A stretch of DNA of 63,232 bases, the filler included, from Chiloscyllium plagiosum (Eukaryota), in assembly GCF_004010195.1 (NCBI RefSeq). It is 7 parts of one record of this genome, joined end to end, with 100 filler letters (N's around TTAATTAATTAA, not from the genome) between each part and the next. Parts side by side here need not be neighbours in the genome. Positions count along the whole stretch, not along the records: positions 1 to 15,993 come from NC_057717.1; positions 16,094 to 30,536 come from NC_057717.1; 5 more parts are not named here. One strand, 5' to 3'. Below the pieces are notes generated by a model. It worked only from the letters and a program-made list of their open reading frames with translations, ran no database searches and was not told the origin of the DNA. Position numbers and translations under genes: made by a program. This document shows positions 11,961-23,900 of this stretch, piece by piece. The first letter of the stretch is position 1, and every line of letters starts with the position of its first letter.

Positions 11961-13131
11961 ATGACAACAGGACAGTTTGAAATGTAGGAAAATTATTTTA
12001 TATACACTGTTTAATCAGTGTGTGTTCAGATAAGTAAGACTGTCCATATGTGTCCAACACATTCTGAATGAACCACGGAGACACAGTTAACAAAACATGA
12101 TGCAAATGATGTATAATATTTATAAAGCATTAACACATTATTTGGTCCTCATCTGAAGTGATATGTTCCCCTTCTCTCAAAGTCCCCCCTTTTCTGGGAT
12201 TCCCTGCTCTTATCTCTTGTTCTTATCAGGATGTGTGTTATAAATTCTTGCTTCTGGTGTCCCAACTTATTTCAGTTAATCCCCTTTCTACCAGGAATTC
12301 AATATATTGGTCCTGCTGGGTTCTTTCCAAAGCCAGTGTCTGTCATATTTTTGAAGATATAAATTCTGGTATCAGACCCAGCATTTGAGCATATTACTCT
12401 GTTAGACATGCACTGTACAAAGGACCTCAGCACACAGGAATTGTCAAAACATTGAGGGATATACATCTTCTTCTTTTGATAATCTAGTTTTCTCAATTTT
12501 CACATCTCCACATCTATATTCTCTGTGTCGTTCTCTCTTTGTATCTAGTTAAGAAATCCACCAATTATTCTTCGTATCACACCTCTCAAAACTCCTTCTT
12601 TCAGTTTATATGTCTTGCTCTGATCTTGATGTAATATGGTTATAATTAAGCAATGTAACTACAAAGACATGCGGGAGGAGCTGGCCAGAGTTAATTGGAA
12701 GCGGGGCCGAGCAGTAATAGCAGGAGTTTCTGGGGATGATTCGGAGGATATCAGAAATTCATCCCAAAGAAGATGAAACATACTCATGGGAGGACAAGGC
12801 AGCCATGAGCGAAAGGCAGGTCAGGGACAGCACCAAACCACAAGAGAAAACATACAATGTGGTGAAGCTTATTGCGAATCCAGAGAATTCATTGGCTCTG
12901 AAACTACATGAGGCTGGTGTCACTGACACTACAGAGCTCTAAATCATGGTCAGAAAGAGAAACAGAGGGAAAAACATTCACTTTAAACACAGAAGATGGT
13001 TTTACTCAAGGAATCAAACAATTGAAATAAAATCAGTTAAATGCTTTTGTACAATATGTCAGATTGAAAGCATGACCCGGGAGTAGACTCTCAGCACAAT
13101 GAAAATTTGAAAATGGAAGTATTATAACTTA

Positions 13132-13565
13132 GAACATAGAAGAATACAGCGCAGTACAGGCCCTTTGGCCGTCGATGTGGCGCCAATCCAAGCCCACCTA
13201 ACCTACACTAGCCCACTATCCTCCATATGCCTATCCAATGCACGTTTAAATGCCCATAAAGAGGGAGAGTCCACCACTGCTACTGGCAGGGCATTCTATG
13301 AACTCACGACCCGCTGAGTAAAGAACCTACCCCTAACATCTGTCCTATACCTACCACCCCTTAATTTAAAGCTATGCCCCCTCGTAATAGCTGACTCTAT
13401 ACGTGGAAGAAGGTTCTCACGGTCAACCCTATCTAAACCCCTAATCATCTTGTACACCTCTATCAAGTCACCCCTAAACCTTCTTTTCTCCAATGAAAAC
13501 AACCCCAAGTGCCTCAGCCTTTCCTCATACGATCTTCCTACCATACCAGGCAACATCCTGGTAAA
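13132..13565 (-). mobile_element. CR1 LINE 3' end, relatively young
   Basis: FTRMLPGMVGRSYEERLRHLGLFSLEKRRFRGDLIEVYKMIRGLDRVD. Confidence 0.9.
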
Positions 13566-16092
13566 ACATCTATACCAGGCAACATCTATAACATCTATAA
13601 CAGCTACTTCGAGGTAAACCACATTTTAAGATTGGCAAGGTTCAAAAGTGTAAGAGGAGGATGAGATAAATCAGGAATTAGTAATACCATTACTTAAACT
13701 TTAAAGACTGTGGGTTACAAGAGGACAGAGAGACTGACCCAGCTGAAGAATTCTAGTTTTGAAATCCTAAGAAGTGAGTATGTGTGGGAGACAGTCTTGT
13801 TTTCAGTAATGAGTAGGTGCAGGTGGAATGAAAAGCATATCAGATTGGATATTTGTAATTTAAGAGAAACGTGAGAGGAACATTCAGTAGTGAGGATTGA
13901 CCATAGAAAAAATAATGACATAGAAAGGGTCAATAAAGGATGAGGCATAAATGAGTTAGAGACTAGAGGTACAAAGGATGCTATATATCTGACAACAGGC
14001 TTTTTCTGCTATCTTGCTCAGAGAACAATGAAGGCATTAGTTTAGCTTTGAATGTTGTCTGTACCAAAGGCTTTAAAGAGGTGAATGCTGTTAAAATAAG
14101 AGGATTTAAAAGAAGAGAAACCAATAGAATATCAGAATGAACTAAACAATGATACCTATTATTTATTTTTGTTTTCCGGATAACTTAGCTACTACTTGTG
14201 TAGTGCAATTATTATGCAGTCATAATGACAGTCACAATGGTGAGCTATCTTAAAACCTGAAACACTGGAACTCTTTTACAGAAACAGTTGACTTGTTGAA
14301 ATTTATTGGATGGCACAGCATATGTTCAAAGGCTGCCAAATGCAGCACCTATTGGAATGTTTAATGCTGACATCATTGTTTCCTCGTAATACAGAAAATC
14401 TATCGACATTGGAACATTAACAACGGGGGAGATTAATTTTGCTGGCATTCTCTAATCTTCCTCTGCAAAAGATGTACCTGATACTGGAATACCACAGGTC
14501 CGCTAAGATTTCCTATGATGTGGGATGGACGAATGTCTGTTTGTTTTTGGATGCATAATTATTGTTATTTGCTCACCTTTTAGCTTACATCAACTATACT
14601 ATCAGTTGTTACTGGGGCCTCATTGCCTGTGTAATTTGGAGAAAGCAAACTCCCTTTTATGATTGTGCGCTGGTAACAATGGTTGTTTTTCTGATCTAAT
14701 CACAGACCCAGGGTCAGCATACCTCATCCTAATGCTGTTGCAATATTGTTACATGTCCTTTGATTAATGGGGGTCAGTAGCAGCTCAAGTAATTCATCAC
14801 ACCTCAGACTTCCCTGATTTTATGCTTCTTTCTTTACACAGCTCTTCCAATAGTGCCAGATAGGAGTGACCCTCCGTTGGACAGGACCGAGTGTTTGCTT
14901 TCCCATACTGTGTGGCCACATGGGCTCACAGTTATGAATACACCAGGCCTGTGTCGTACAAAAGGATTCAGAAGTTCAAACTGGCGTCCTGGGGGAATAT
15001 TGCACAGATGGACAGCATTTCCTACCAGCCTTGAAATAATAATGTGTGGCTGAAACGTGGCACAAAATATTACAAAGATTTAAAGGAAGCCTTGTCAGGT
15101 GAAGCACGCTGAGTAATTCATTTTAGTTTGGAAAAGAAACATTAGCTGTTCAATAATAAGAATTTACAGTGAGGTTTAAGGTAACTGCTGCTCTAATAAA
15201 TGGTTGCAGAACCATTGACGTGTTCCCCAGATGTGAGCTGAGCAGTGGTCACCATTGAAAACAATTCCCTGCTTCATCAGTCTTTATTATGGATATTTTC
15301 AGAGCAAAAGAAACATTTTGGAGTCAGTTCCTTTTTTACAGCTGTCAAATAAAGGTCCTTTCTGGTTTTGCATTCTTTACCTTTCATCAGAAGGTTCATT
15401 CTTACCTGACTGTGGTAATATAAACATGGTCATCTTAGAGTGGTCATATAACTTTGTTTCCAAGTAAGACATATTGGCCTTAAGGACAAATTCACCAGAA
15501 TGGTACCAGCATTCAAATTAAAAGGACGTGAGGACATGTTACATGAACTTGTTTTATATTTTCTTGAAGTTAGAATGTTGTTTCTTGGTCCATATAAGGT
15601 CAGTAAACAATTAAGGAAATCAATATGATAGATGCAGAGAAACTGTTACCTCTGCTGAAATCCAGAGCAAAGGGCATAATTCTAACATTTGAGCTAGGTC
15701 AGTTAAAGAGTGAAATTAAGAAGTACTTCTTCACACAAGGGCTAGGGAGCTAAGCAACCACTCTGTGAAAATGATGAGGTCACTGATTTATTTTTAAAAT
15801 TGAGATTGAAATATCTTTACAGAGGATGGTATCCCAACACCAAGCTCACCTTAATTTACATGTGCTTAGTGCTTGACTGACCCAGCTCCCTCAGAGCCAG
15901 CTCTCAGAGTGAATAGAACTGCTGACACTCCTATACAAATCTGTCAGATAGGGCTCCCTGATTGGACCAGCTTAACAGCCCCAATCAGGGAACNNNNNNN
16001 NNNNNNNNNNNNNNNNNNNNNNNNNNNNNNNNNNNNNTTAATTAATTAANNNNNNNNNNNNNNNNNNNNNNNNNNNNNNNNNNNNNNNNNNN

Positions 16093-16600
16093 NGGAGTGA
16101 GTGTGAGGGGGTCAGTGTGATGGTGATGAAGTAAGTGTGAGGGGGTCACGGTGGCAGTGATGGCGTGAATCTGAGGGGGTCAGGGTGACGGTGAAGGTGT
16201 GAGTGTGAGGGGGTCAGTGTGGTGGTGATGGAGTGAATGTGAGCGGATCAGTGTGACGGTGATGGATTAGTGTGAGGAGGTCAGGGCGACGGTGATGGAG
16301 TAAGTGTGAGGGGCACAAGGTGAAAGTAATGGAATGAGTGTGAGGGTGACAGGTTGACAATGATGGAGTGAGTGTAAGAGGGTCAGGGTGATGGTGATGG
16401 AGTGAGTGCGAGTGGGTCAGGGTGACGGTGATGGAGTGAGTGTGAGTTTGTCAGGGTGACTGTGATGGAGTGTGTGAGAGGGGTGAGTGTGACGGTGACG
16501 GAGTGAGTGTGAGGGGGTCAGGGTGACGGTGATGGATTGAATTTGAGGGGATCAGAGTGACGGTTATCGAGTCAGTGTAGGTCACAGGGAGAGTGAGAGT
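16093..16600. repeat. 34-bp minisatellite, about 15 diverged copies
   Basis: Consensus GGAGTGAGTGTGAGGGGGTCAGGGTGACGGTGAT repeated in tandem from the gap edge. Confidence 0.9.
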
Positions 16601-17459
16601 AATTGCTTGTCCAGTCGAAAACACAGACAGATCCACCAAATCCCTTTCCCCACGCTCACTCACTCCGTGGTTTCAGAACTTCCCCTCTCCGCAGCGTCTG
16701 CTCCATTTGTTGTTCATGTTACAGACCCAGAAGCTGTAACTACAGTCCCCATGCTCCATCCAAAGTTGGGTCACCAAATCCTCAGGTCTCCCTGAATTTC
16801 TGACGCTGTTCACAGCACAACCTCCAGCAAACCATCCCCAGCCCCTCCACTACCTTTTCAATAACTGGAGTCAGTCAGAAGCCGCTCTGCTACAAATTAG
16901 ATGCCTGTTCCTTAATAATTATACTCCAGGATTTTCCTCGTGTTACTGACTGCACAATCAACTGAGAGAGACAAACAGAGGTGTTCCGTGGTCAGGCTCA
17001 TACCAAGTTTCAAACACGTGAGTCAGAGCTGCTGGAACACCCCTGTCCATGGAGCACCACATGGGACACATCGGGAAGGGAACAACAGCCTGACACACAC
17101 CATTTCAATCTTTCTGATCTTCACCATGTCAGCACTCGATGCACGAGGGAGTCAAAATCTAAGGCCAGGGAAAGATACAGAAAAAATACGAAATAATTTA
17201 TTAATTGATAACTTGCTGAAAATATGGATAAGGAGATGGAGGGATCGGAATAACAGGATAGGATAGACTATGGTGGGTCCAATGTTAAGAAAGCAAACAT
17301 TGAATGGAGACATTGCCAGATCCGCTAGAATGGTCCATTGCCTAAAATTCTGACCTCGGGTCAGGTAATGGCTAAGATGGAGAGCTGTGCAGGTCATGCT
17401 AGAGGATAACTCCATAAACTGGATTTTCTGCACAGCAGGGGGAGCATTGCAAACCTTTG

Positions 17460-18330
17460 CCAAGATATTGCAACCCTCTACCACCACCCTCTGTCTCCGA
17501 CCTTTGAGCCAGTTTTGTAACCAAATGGCTTTCATATGAACTAATCTTGTCAAACAGATAACCATGCACAATGATATTCAACACCTCACTGATGTCCATA
17601 TCGACAATGTACACCACTCTATCTCAGTTCATCTTCTTAGTCACTTCTTCAAAAAAAATCTCAGTCAATTCAGAAACACAATATTGCTTGCACAAAGTCA
17701 TATTGACTATCCATAATCAGTCGTTACCTTTCAAAATGCATGAAAATCATATGCCTCATAATCCCCTCCAACAACTTATCCACCACTAACGTCAGGCTCA
17801 CTAGATTTTCCTTATTACTCTTGATAAATCCTTTAAGTAGTGGCACCACGTTAGCCAAACTCCAGTCTTCTGGCACATTACCTGTGGCTACTGATGATAG
17901 CAAGGGGTCCAGCAATCATTTCCCTCGCTTCCCACAGAGTTCGAGTGTGCATTCAATAAAATCCAGGACATTTCCCTTCCTTTGCATGTTTTAAGACCTC
18001 CAGCAGCTCCTCTGTAATACAGACACTTTCCAAGACGTCACTACTTATTTCCCAAGTTCTCTAGCTTCCATAGCCTCCTGCACAGTAAATACCGATACAA
18101 AATATTCGTTCAGGACCTCCCCCATTTCTTATGGTTCTGCACATGCGCAGCCTTGCTGATCTTTAAGGATGTCCTATTCTCTCCACAGTTACTCGTTTGT
18201 CCTTGACGTATTTGTAGAATTCCTTTGGATTCTCCTTAACTCTATTTGCCAAAGCTATCACATGTCCCCTTTTTATGCTCCCAATTTCCCTCTTAACTAT
18301 ACTCTTGTTGCCTTCAGACTCTTCTAGTGA
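17460..18330 (-). mobile_element. Degenerate CR1 LINE RT fragment
   Basis: SVATGNVPEDWSLANVVPL, VSLTLVVDKLLEGIMR, WLQNWLKGRRQRVVVEG. Confidence 0.85.
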
Positions 18331-19660
18331 TTCACGTTAAATCAAGAATTAAGAGGCTAATGATGATCATTCCGATTGTCGGAAAAATCCATCAGGCACA
18401 CTGACACCCTTGGAGGAAACAATCTGCCATCCTTACCTGGTCTGGCCTACATGTGACTCCATACCCACAACAATGTGGTTGACTGTTAACTGCCTTCTGG
18501 GCAATTAGGGATGGGCAATAGATGCTTGCCTAGTCAGGGACTGTAGGAATTCTGTGAACTCTGCGAACAACAGGGACAGAGACAGAGGAGGAGGGAGACT
18601 TTGATTCCAATTTCAATATATTTACTTCAAAAGCAACTTTGCACAGAGATGCAGACAGAGGTACACACAAACGGAGATACTGACAATAACACACATAACA
18701 TATGCACACAGAGAAACGCACACAGATATGGAAGTTTACACACAAACACATGAACATAACTCCACATACAGGCACACACTGTCTTTAATACAAAGACATA
18801 TACGTTTTATTAATAAATTATCAATGATCAGTTGGAGAAGGCAGCAAAATGGGGTTGAGAAATATTTTTGCCGCGATCAAATGTCATGGCAAACAAAAAT
18901 GGGCTGAATGGCCTAATTCGGCTCCAGGGTTCATTGCTCATATGATCTTGTGGTGCCTGGAATTGTCTTTCCACAACGTCAGTGGAGGCTGAATTTGGTA
19001 AGTATTTGATTTAGGAGAGTTAATGAGAAAGTGGTCAGGCTTGAGGGGCTGAATGATCGATATCTGTTTCTAATTGTCGACTCCTTTTATATCAAAAGAG
19101 TGGTGATTGGTTTGAGGGGAACACATTTTGAGAATAAGGACATTCCAATTTCAGACTGAGACAGGGATGTTCCTTTCTGTTAGGGTTGTGTAATCTGTGG
19201 TGTTCTCATGCCGAAGTAGCAAGGTTCAGTTCCATAGATCTTTGATGTACAAGAGAATCCAAGTTTATTGGGAACAGACAGGAAGAGGATGTTTAGTCAT
19301 ATTCACATCAACAATGCACATTCTGAATGGTGCAGCAGGCGCGAGGGGCTGAATGGCCAGCTGCTGCCTCTAACCTATATGTTGTTCTTTCAAGCACTCA
19401 GTAATGTTACAGAGGTAAAGAAAGATCCAATTCAGCCAGTCAACATCGTTATAATGAGACAGGCAGAGATCATTCTGCCCTCTAAGGATTTACACTGGAT
19501 TAGATTGAACGCATTCAGTCCGCTTGGGACATTACACAGTGTAGGATGAGGCCATCTTACCTTTTTAGCTTGCTGCCCAGCAACAGGGGAACCCTGGTAA
19601 ACTATCAGGGAATAAACATTCAGGATAAATGTTTATATTCAGGTGTAAAGTTGTAACTTT

Positions 19661-19972
19661 TAGATTAGATTACTTACAGTGTGGAAACAGGCCCTTCGGC
19701 CCAACAAGTCCACACCGACACGCCGAAGCGAAACCCACCCATACCCCGACATTTACCCCTTACCTAACACTACTGGCAATTTAGCATGGCCAATTCACCT
19801 GACCTGCACATCTTTGGACTGTGGGAGGAAACCGGAGCACCCGGAGGAAACCCACGCAGACACGGGGAGAATGTGCAAACTCCACACAGTCAGTCGCCTG
19901 AGTCGGGAATTGAACCCGGGTCTCATGGCGCTGTGAGGCTGCAGTGCTAACCACTGTGCCACCGTGCCGCCC
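19661..19972 (-). mobile_element. Full-length HE1/V-SINE-type tRNA-derived SINE
   Basis: Minus strand has A-box TGGCACAGTGG, B-box GGTTCAATTCC, the V-SINE-like core, a CR1-like 3' end (GGGCCGAAGGGCCTGTTTCC) and a (TAATC)n tail. Confidence 0.95.
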
Positions 19973-20544
19973 AACTTGGTGGAATGCCTCAGGGATCAGT
20001 GTGACATTATCAACAATTTACAATCTATACCAATGACTTGGATGAGGTGACTGATTGGATTGGAGCTCAATTAGTTTATTTACCAAGATAGTCATTTCAC
20101 AGCATATGGAGACTCTGCAATGGGATACCGACATGGGAGGTTAGTGACCAAAGCTTTGGCAGGAAACAGTATAACAAGGGCTAAGGGAAGACAGTGCTCT
20201 GTTGAACAGATAAAATAACAGTAACCTACTTAAATGGAGAGAACATCGCAGAACACATTGGTACGGAGGGATGTGTGTGTCTCGGTACATGAGCCATATA
20301 AACCAAGTCAGCAGATTCAGCAAGTGATTAGGGAAGTGCATTGAATGTTGCTGTTTCATGCAAAGGCTGTCGGGGAAAATCATCGAGATGTTTTACTGCA
20401 TTTGTACATGACAATGCTGAGACTACATCGAATGTATTGTATGTAGTAATGAACCCTGAAATTGAAAGAAAAGCTATGCAATTGTTTTAGAAGCTTTTCA
20501 CAGATGCTTCACTTTCCCCCTTGCTAGAGTGAAGGCCTGATAGA

Positions 20545-20860
20545 ATCATAGTGTCATGCAGAACGGAAACAGACCCTTCAGTCCAGCTCATTTGCACCGA
20601 CCAAATATTCCAATCTGATATAAAACCATTTGCCAATATTAGACCCATAACTCTCTCAACCCTTCTTATTTATATACCCATCCACTGCCTCTTAAATGTT
20701 ATAATTGTACCAGCCTCCATCCCTTTCGCTGCCAGATCGCTCCATACACGCACTACCCTCTGTGTGAAAAAGTTTCCACTCAGGTATCTTTTTAATTTTC
20801 CCCTCTCACTTTAAATCTTTGGTTTGGACTCCTCCAGCCTTGGAAGATAACCTTGGCTGA
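20545..20860 (-). mobile_element. CR1 LINE 3' terminal fragment
   Basis: Antisense match to the CR1 3' end at 7300-7580. Confidence 0.8.
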
Positions 20861-20940
20861 TCCTACATCCATTGCCCTCTTGGCCTCTACAAGGTCAGAG
20901 TACTTCAGGCCTGAGAATGAGAACTGTTCATATTGAACCA

Positions 20941-21861
20941 TGTAAGACCCTGAGGATAGTGTATTGGGGCGGAGCTGAAGATTAGAGAATAAAACTAAGG
21001 ATTTAATTTTAGAAAACAACATACTCATTTTAACACAGGTACTATGAAGACATGAATTTATTTTACAAAAATTATGCAGACACATATAAATATACCTTCA
21101 AATTATGAATTACAAATCATTTATAAATGAAGCAGGTAACAGGGATGGAGTAATTCAATCAGGAGAATGTTCAACCAGACCTTACCTTGTCTAGGTTGGT
21201 GTTTGGGTCACATTATTGCATGTTTCATACTCCGTCTCTACTTGTACTTCTCTACAGCAACATATGCGAGCTGAAAACCAACCAGCCATCTTTAGCACTC
21301 TTTGAGGGTTCCTTTTGAGGATTCATTGGAATCTCTCCACTGCCTGCACCAAAGGGAATTCAGGCAAGTCCAACTGCTCCAGGAAGAAACCCCAGTGCTA
21401 GCAGCTTCTGTGAGGCAGAATAACTTCAGAGGCAGAATTACAATTGAAACTCTCTCAATTTTGCTTTTACTCTGAAATTAACTGTTATTTGGACAAAGCT
21501 CTTTCGAATTAATATGCTGCAGAGTTCCATTTTTTTCAGTTTGCCTTCAGACGTGTGTGTTTGTGTGCGTGTGTCTTCGTATGCATGTTTCTGTGTTCTC
21601 AGATTTACAGAAAAATAAATGTTCAAACAGTATAGCATTTATGTATCCATCGTAATTCGAGTAACTTTGCTTTGGTTTTAGATTAGTTATTTTTACAAAT
21701 TTAAGAAACCAGTCTGACTTGTTCCTAACACTGAACATGACCCAGTCTGCGACGGATATCATTTACTATATAACGCATTTAGTTGCACTGATAATTTGTC
21801 GTGACCTCTGGAGGAGTGGGACTAGAACAAGAAGCAATGACTCTCTAACCTCGGTAGGAAC
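20941..21861 (+). mobile_element. Probable old LTR-like repeat; its 3' part recurs at ~60-310
   Basis: TGTAAGA...GGAACA ends. 21690-21840 aligns by eye with 155-306 (tgac.tgttcctaa.actga..tgacccagtctg, gagtgggac). No clear TSD. Confidence 0.45.
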
Positions 21862-23229
21862 AGGTATAAGGAGAAATTCTCAAAAGACCATTTGAGTGGG
21901 AATTTCTCCTACCCACAGGTTTGTGGTACCTGTGTGTTTGCATTTATGCAAAGGTGTGTTAGTTCACTATTTGATGGGAAAGTGACTCAACGATAATGAA
22001 CTGCAGATAGGAACGTGGGGCTGAGACCACAATCTGATCAGCCACAATCTGAGTGCCTGGTAGTTCAGGGATCCACTCCTGTTCCTCAGTCCTACTTCGC
22101 CCCATTCCATTCAGCCACTCAATCGGCTACTCACGAGCAGTTGGAGACCACTTACTCCTACTACCTGGTGCACAGAAACCGAGGTGACCATTCAGCCCCC
22201 GAATACAGTCAAACATGATTTGGTGTTGATTGGAAAACGCTCTTGGGAAAAAGAGTTGGTGTTACTGTGAAAAAGTCCCCTCCTCTCTCTTTACAGAAGT
22301 TGCCCTGTTGTTTGTCATGTTGTTGACCCAGATTCATCGTGAATAATGACGCCATACTGGACTAAGAATTTGCTCACAAAATGCTCTAATTTCTTTGACT
22401 ACAACATTCCTTCACAGGACAACCAGAAAAATAACAATAATGAACCTTCCAATAACAGAATGCAAGAGCATGAGAAGCAGAAGTAGGTCATTCAGCTCCT
22501 ACGGTCTGCCTTTCCCTTCAATAGGATCATGGCTGAACTGCTCTAAGCCCCAACTCCTGGAGTGTCTGCCGTGTCAAATATCCATCTATCCCTTCTTCCA
22601 ACTACCTCAATGATCTATCTCCCCTTCCTCTGTGGAATAGTGACGTCCCGACGGTCACTCCCCTCTGTGAGAAGGAAACACAACACACGCGTACACCGTG
22701 ACCTATTGACATCAACAAAATATATAAACTAGGTGACTGGCCCTGACAACAAGGCAATGTTTAACTGAGGATGGCATCAAGTAACCTGAAGAAAATTGAA
22801 CATAATGGAAATGAAGCGTAACCTCCCCACTGGTTGGAGTGATTCAGCACAAAGAACATGTTTGTAGTTCTTCGACATGTACCACCTCAGTCTCGGGACA
22901 TCGCTGTGCGTTAACAGAGTAAAGAGAGGCGCTCAGTCAGCACCTCAAGCTCACTTCACAGGAATGTGAGGAGGTCATTCTGCCCATCAATGTTATTGGA
23001 TAAGAATAGGGATAGCCCATTCATTCTCTCCTGACTATTACACAGGAAGATAAGGAGCCCAGTCAAACACATGAGCTGTTAAACAGGAACCGCGGGTTGG
23101 TTGCCCAGGTAGGTCCTTGAGCGTCTCCCATGACATCAGGAGGTGGCCATTCAGCCGCTCAAGCCCATTGTACAGAAATAAGACGATGTTATCTATGACC
23201 AAAATGACAAACCAATGGAACAGAGGTTG

Positions 23230-23900
23230 AATGGATAGACTGCTCCATGCCGTTCCTCCTGGCTACATTGTTAATGGTACACAATGGATGCATTAATATG
23301 GTTCGTTGACGGTGAGGAGGGTGGGCATCTCCGAGAAGGCAGACCAGTATTCCCAATGGAGGTCAGAAGCTGTTGGGAACAGCTAACATTTTAGGCATTG
23401 CAGCTGCTGACAGATTTGTGAACAATGTGATTTTCAATGCAGGGTCACACACCAACTGCACATTGAGGCAAAGAGAGTTCATTCGGAGCCTGAAGCTCTC
23501 TCCCAACCAACATAGGAGCTTTACAGAGGTACATAAACTAAAAAGAAGCATGTATCATGGGCAAAATGCAATTTCCATGCCATCAATGTCTTTCTCTGGA
23601 CGTAATGTGTGTTCGTCCATAATTTTCAAGGTTCAATGCAGTCAACTCTTATTCACACACCGTGCTGCAAATTAAACATCAATTTCCTTCACACTCTCTT
23701 CATGTTACCATCATCCCAGTGATTAGTTGATAAAACAGCTTTGCACTGCCTCTGTGACAAGGAGGTCACTGATTTATAAAGGTCAGAAAGTCTGTCCACA
23801 ATAGCCCAAATACTGCCTCAACAACACTCCACAACTCCGACATATGACTCATTTTGTAATGAAGGCTGGCATTTCATTTCCTGTCCTGGTTCATGGATGC
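23230..23900 (-). pseudogene. Decayed Harbinger/HARBI1-like DDE transposase, copy B
   Basis: Minus-strand motifs in order: DIDG (23579-23590), LNVQLVCD (23444-23467), CLLGDAHP (23318-23341), ILMHP. These parallel the Harbinger motifs AIDGTH / SLNVQLVCD / WLLGD.GYP / WLMTP. Multiple stops and frameshifts. Confidence 0.7.

Noticed and set aside
17428..17448. CTCF-like motif cagcagggggagc
   Set aside because: A single short imperfect match is expected by chance in 63 kb.
19679..19936. Recurrent ORF ...HLTCTSLDCGRKPEHPEETHADTGR.CKLHT (also 6133-6432, 52658-53158)
   Set aside because: Antisense translation of the HE1-type SINE core, not a protein family.
19900..19972. tRNA-like A/B boxes
   Set aside because: Head of a tRNA-derived SINE continuing into SINE core and tail; not called as a tRNA gene.
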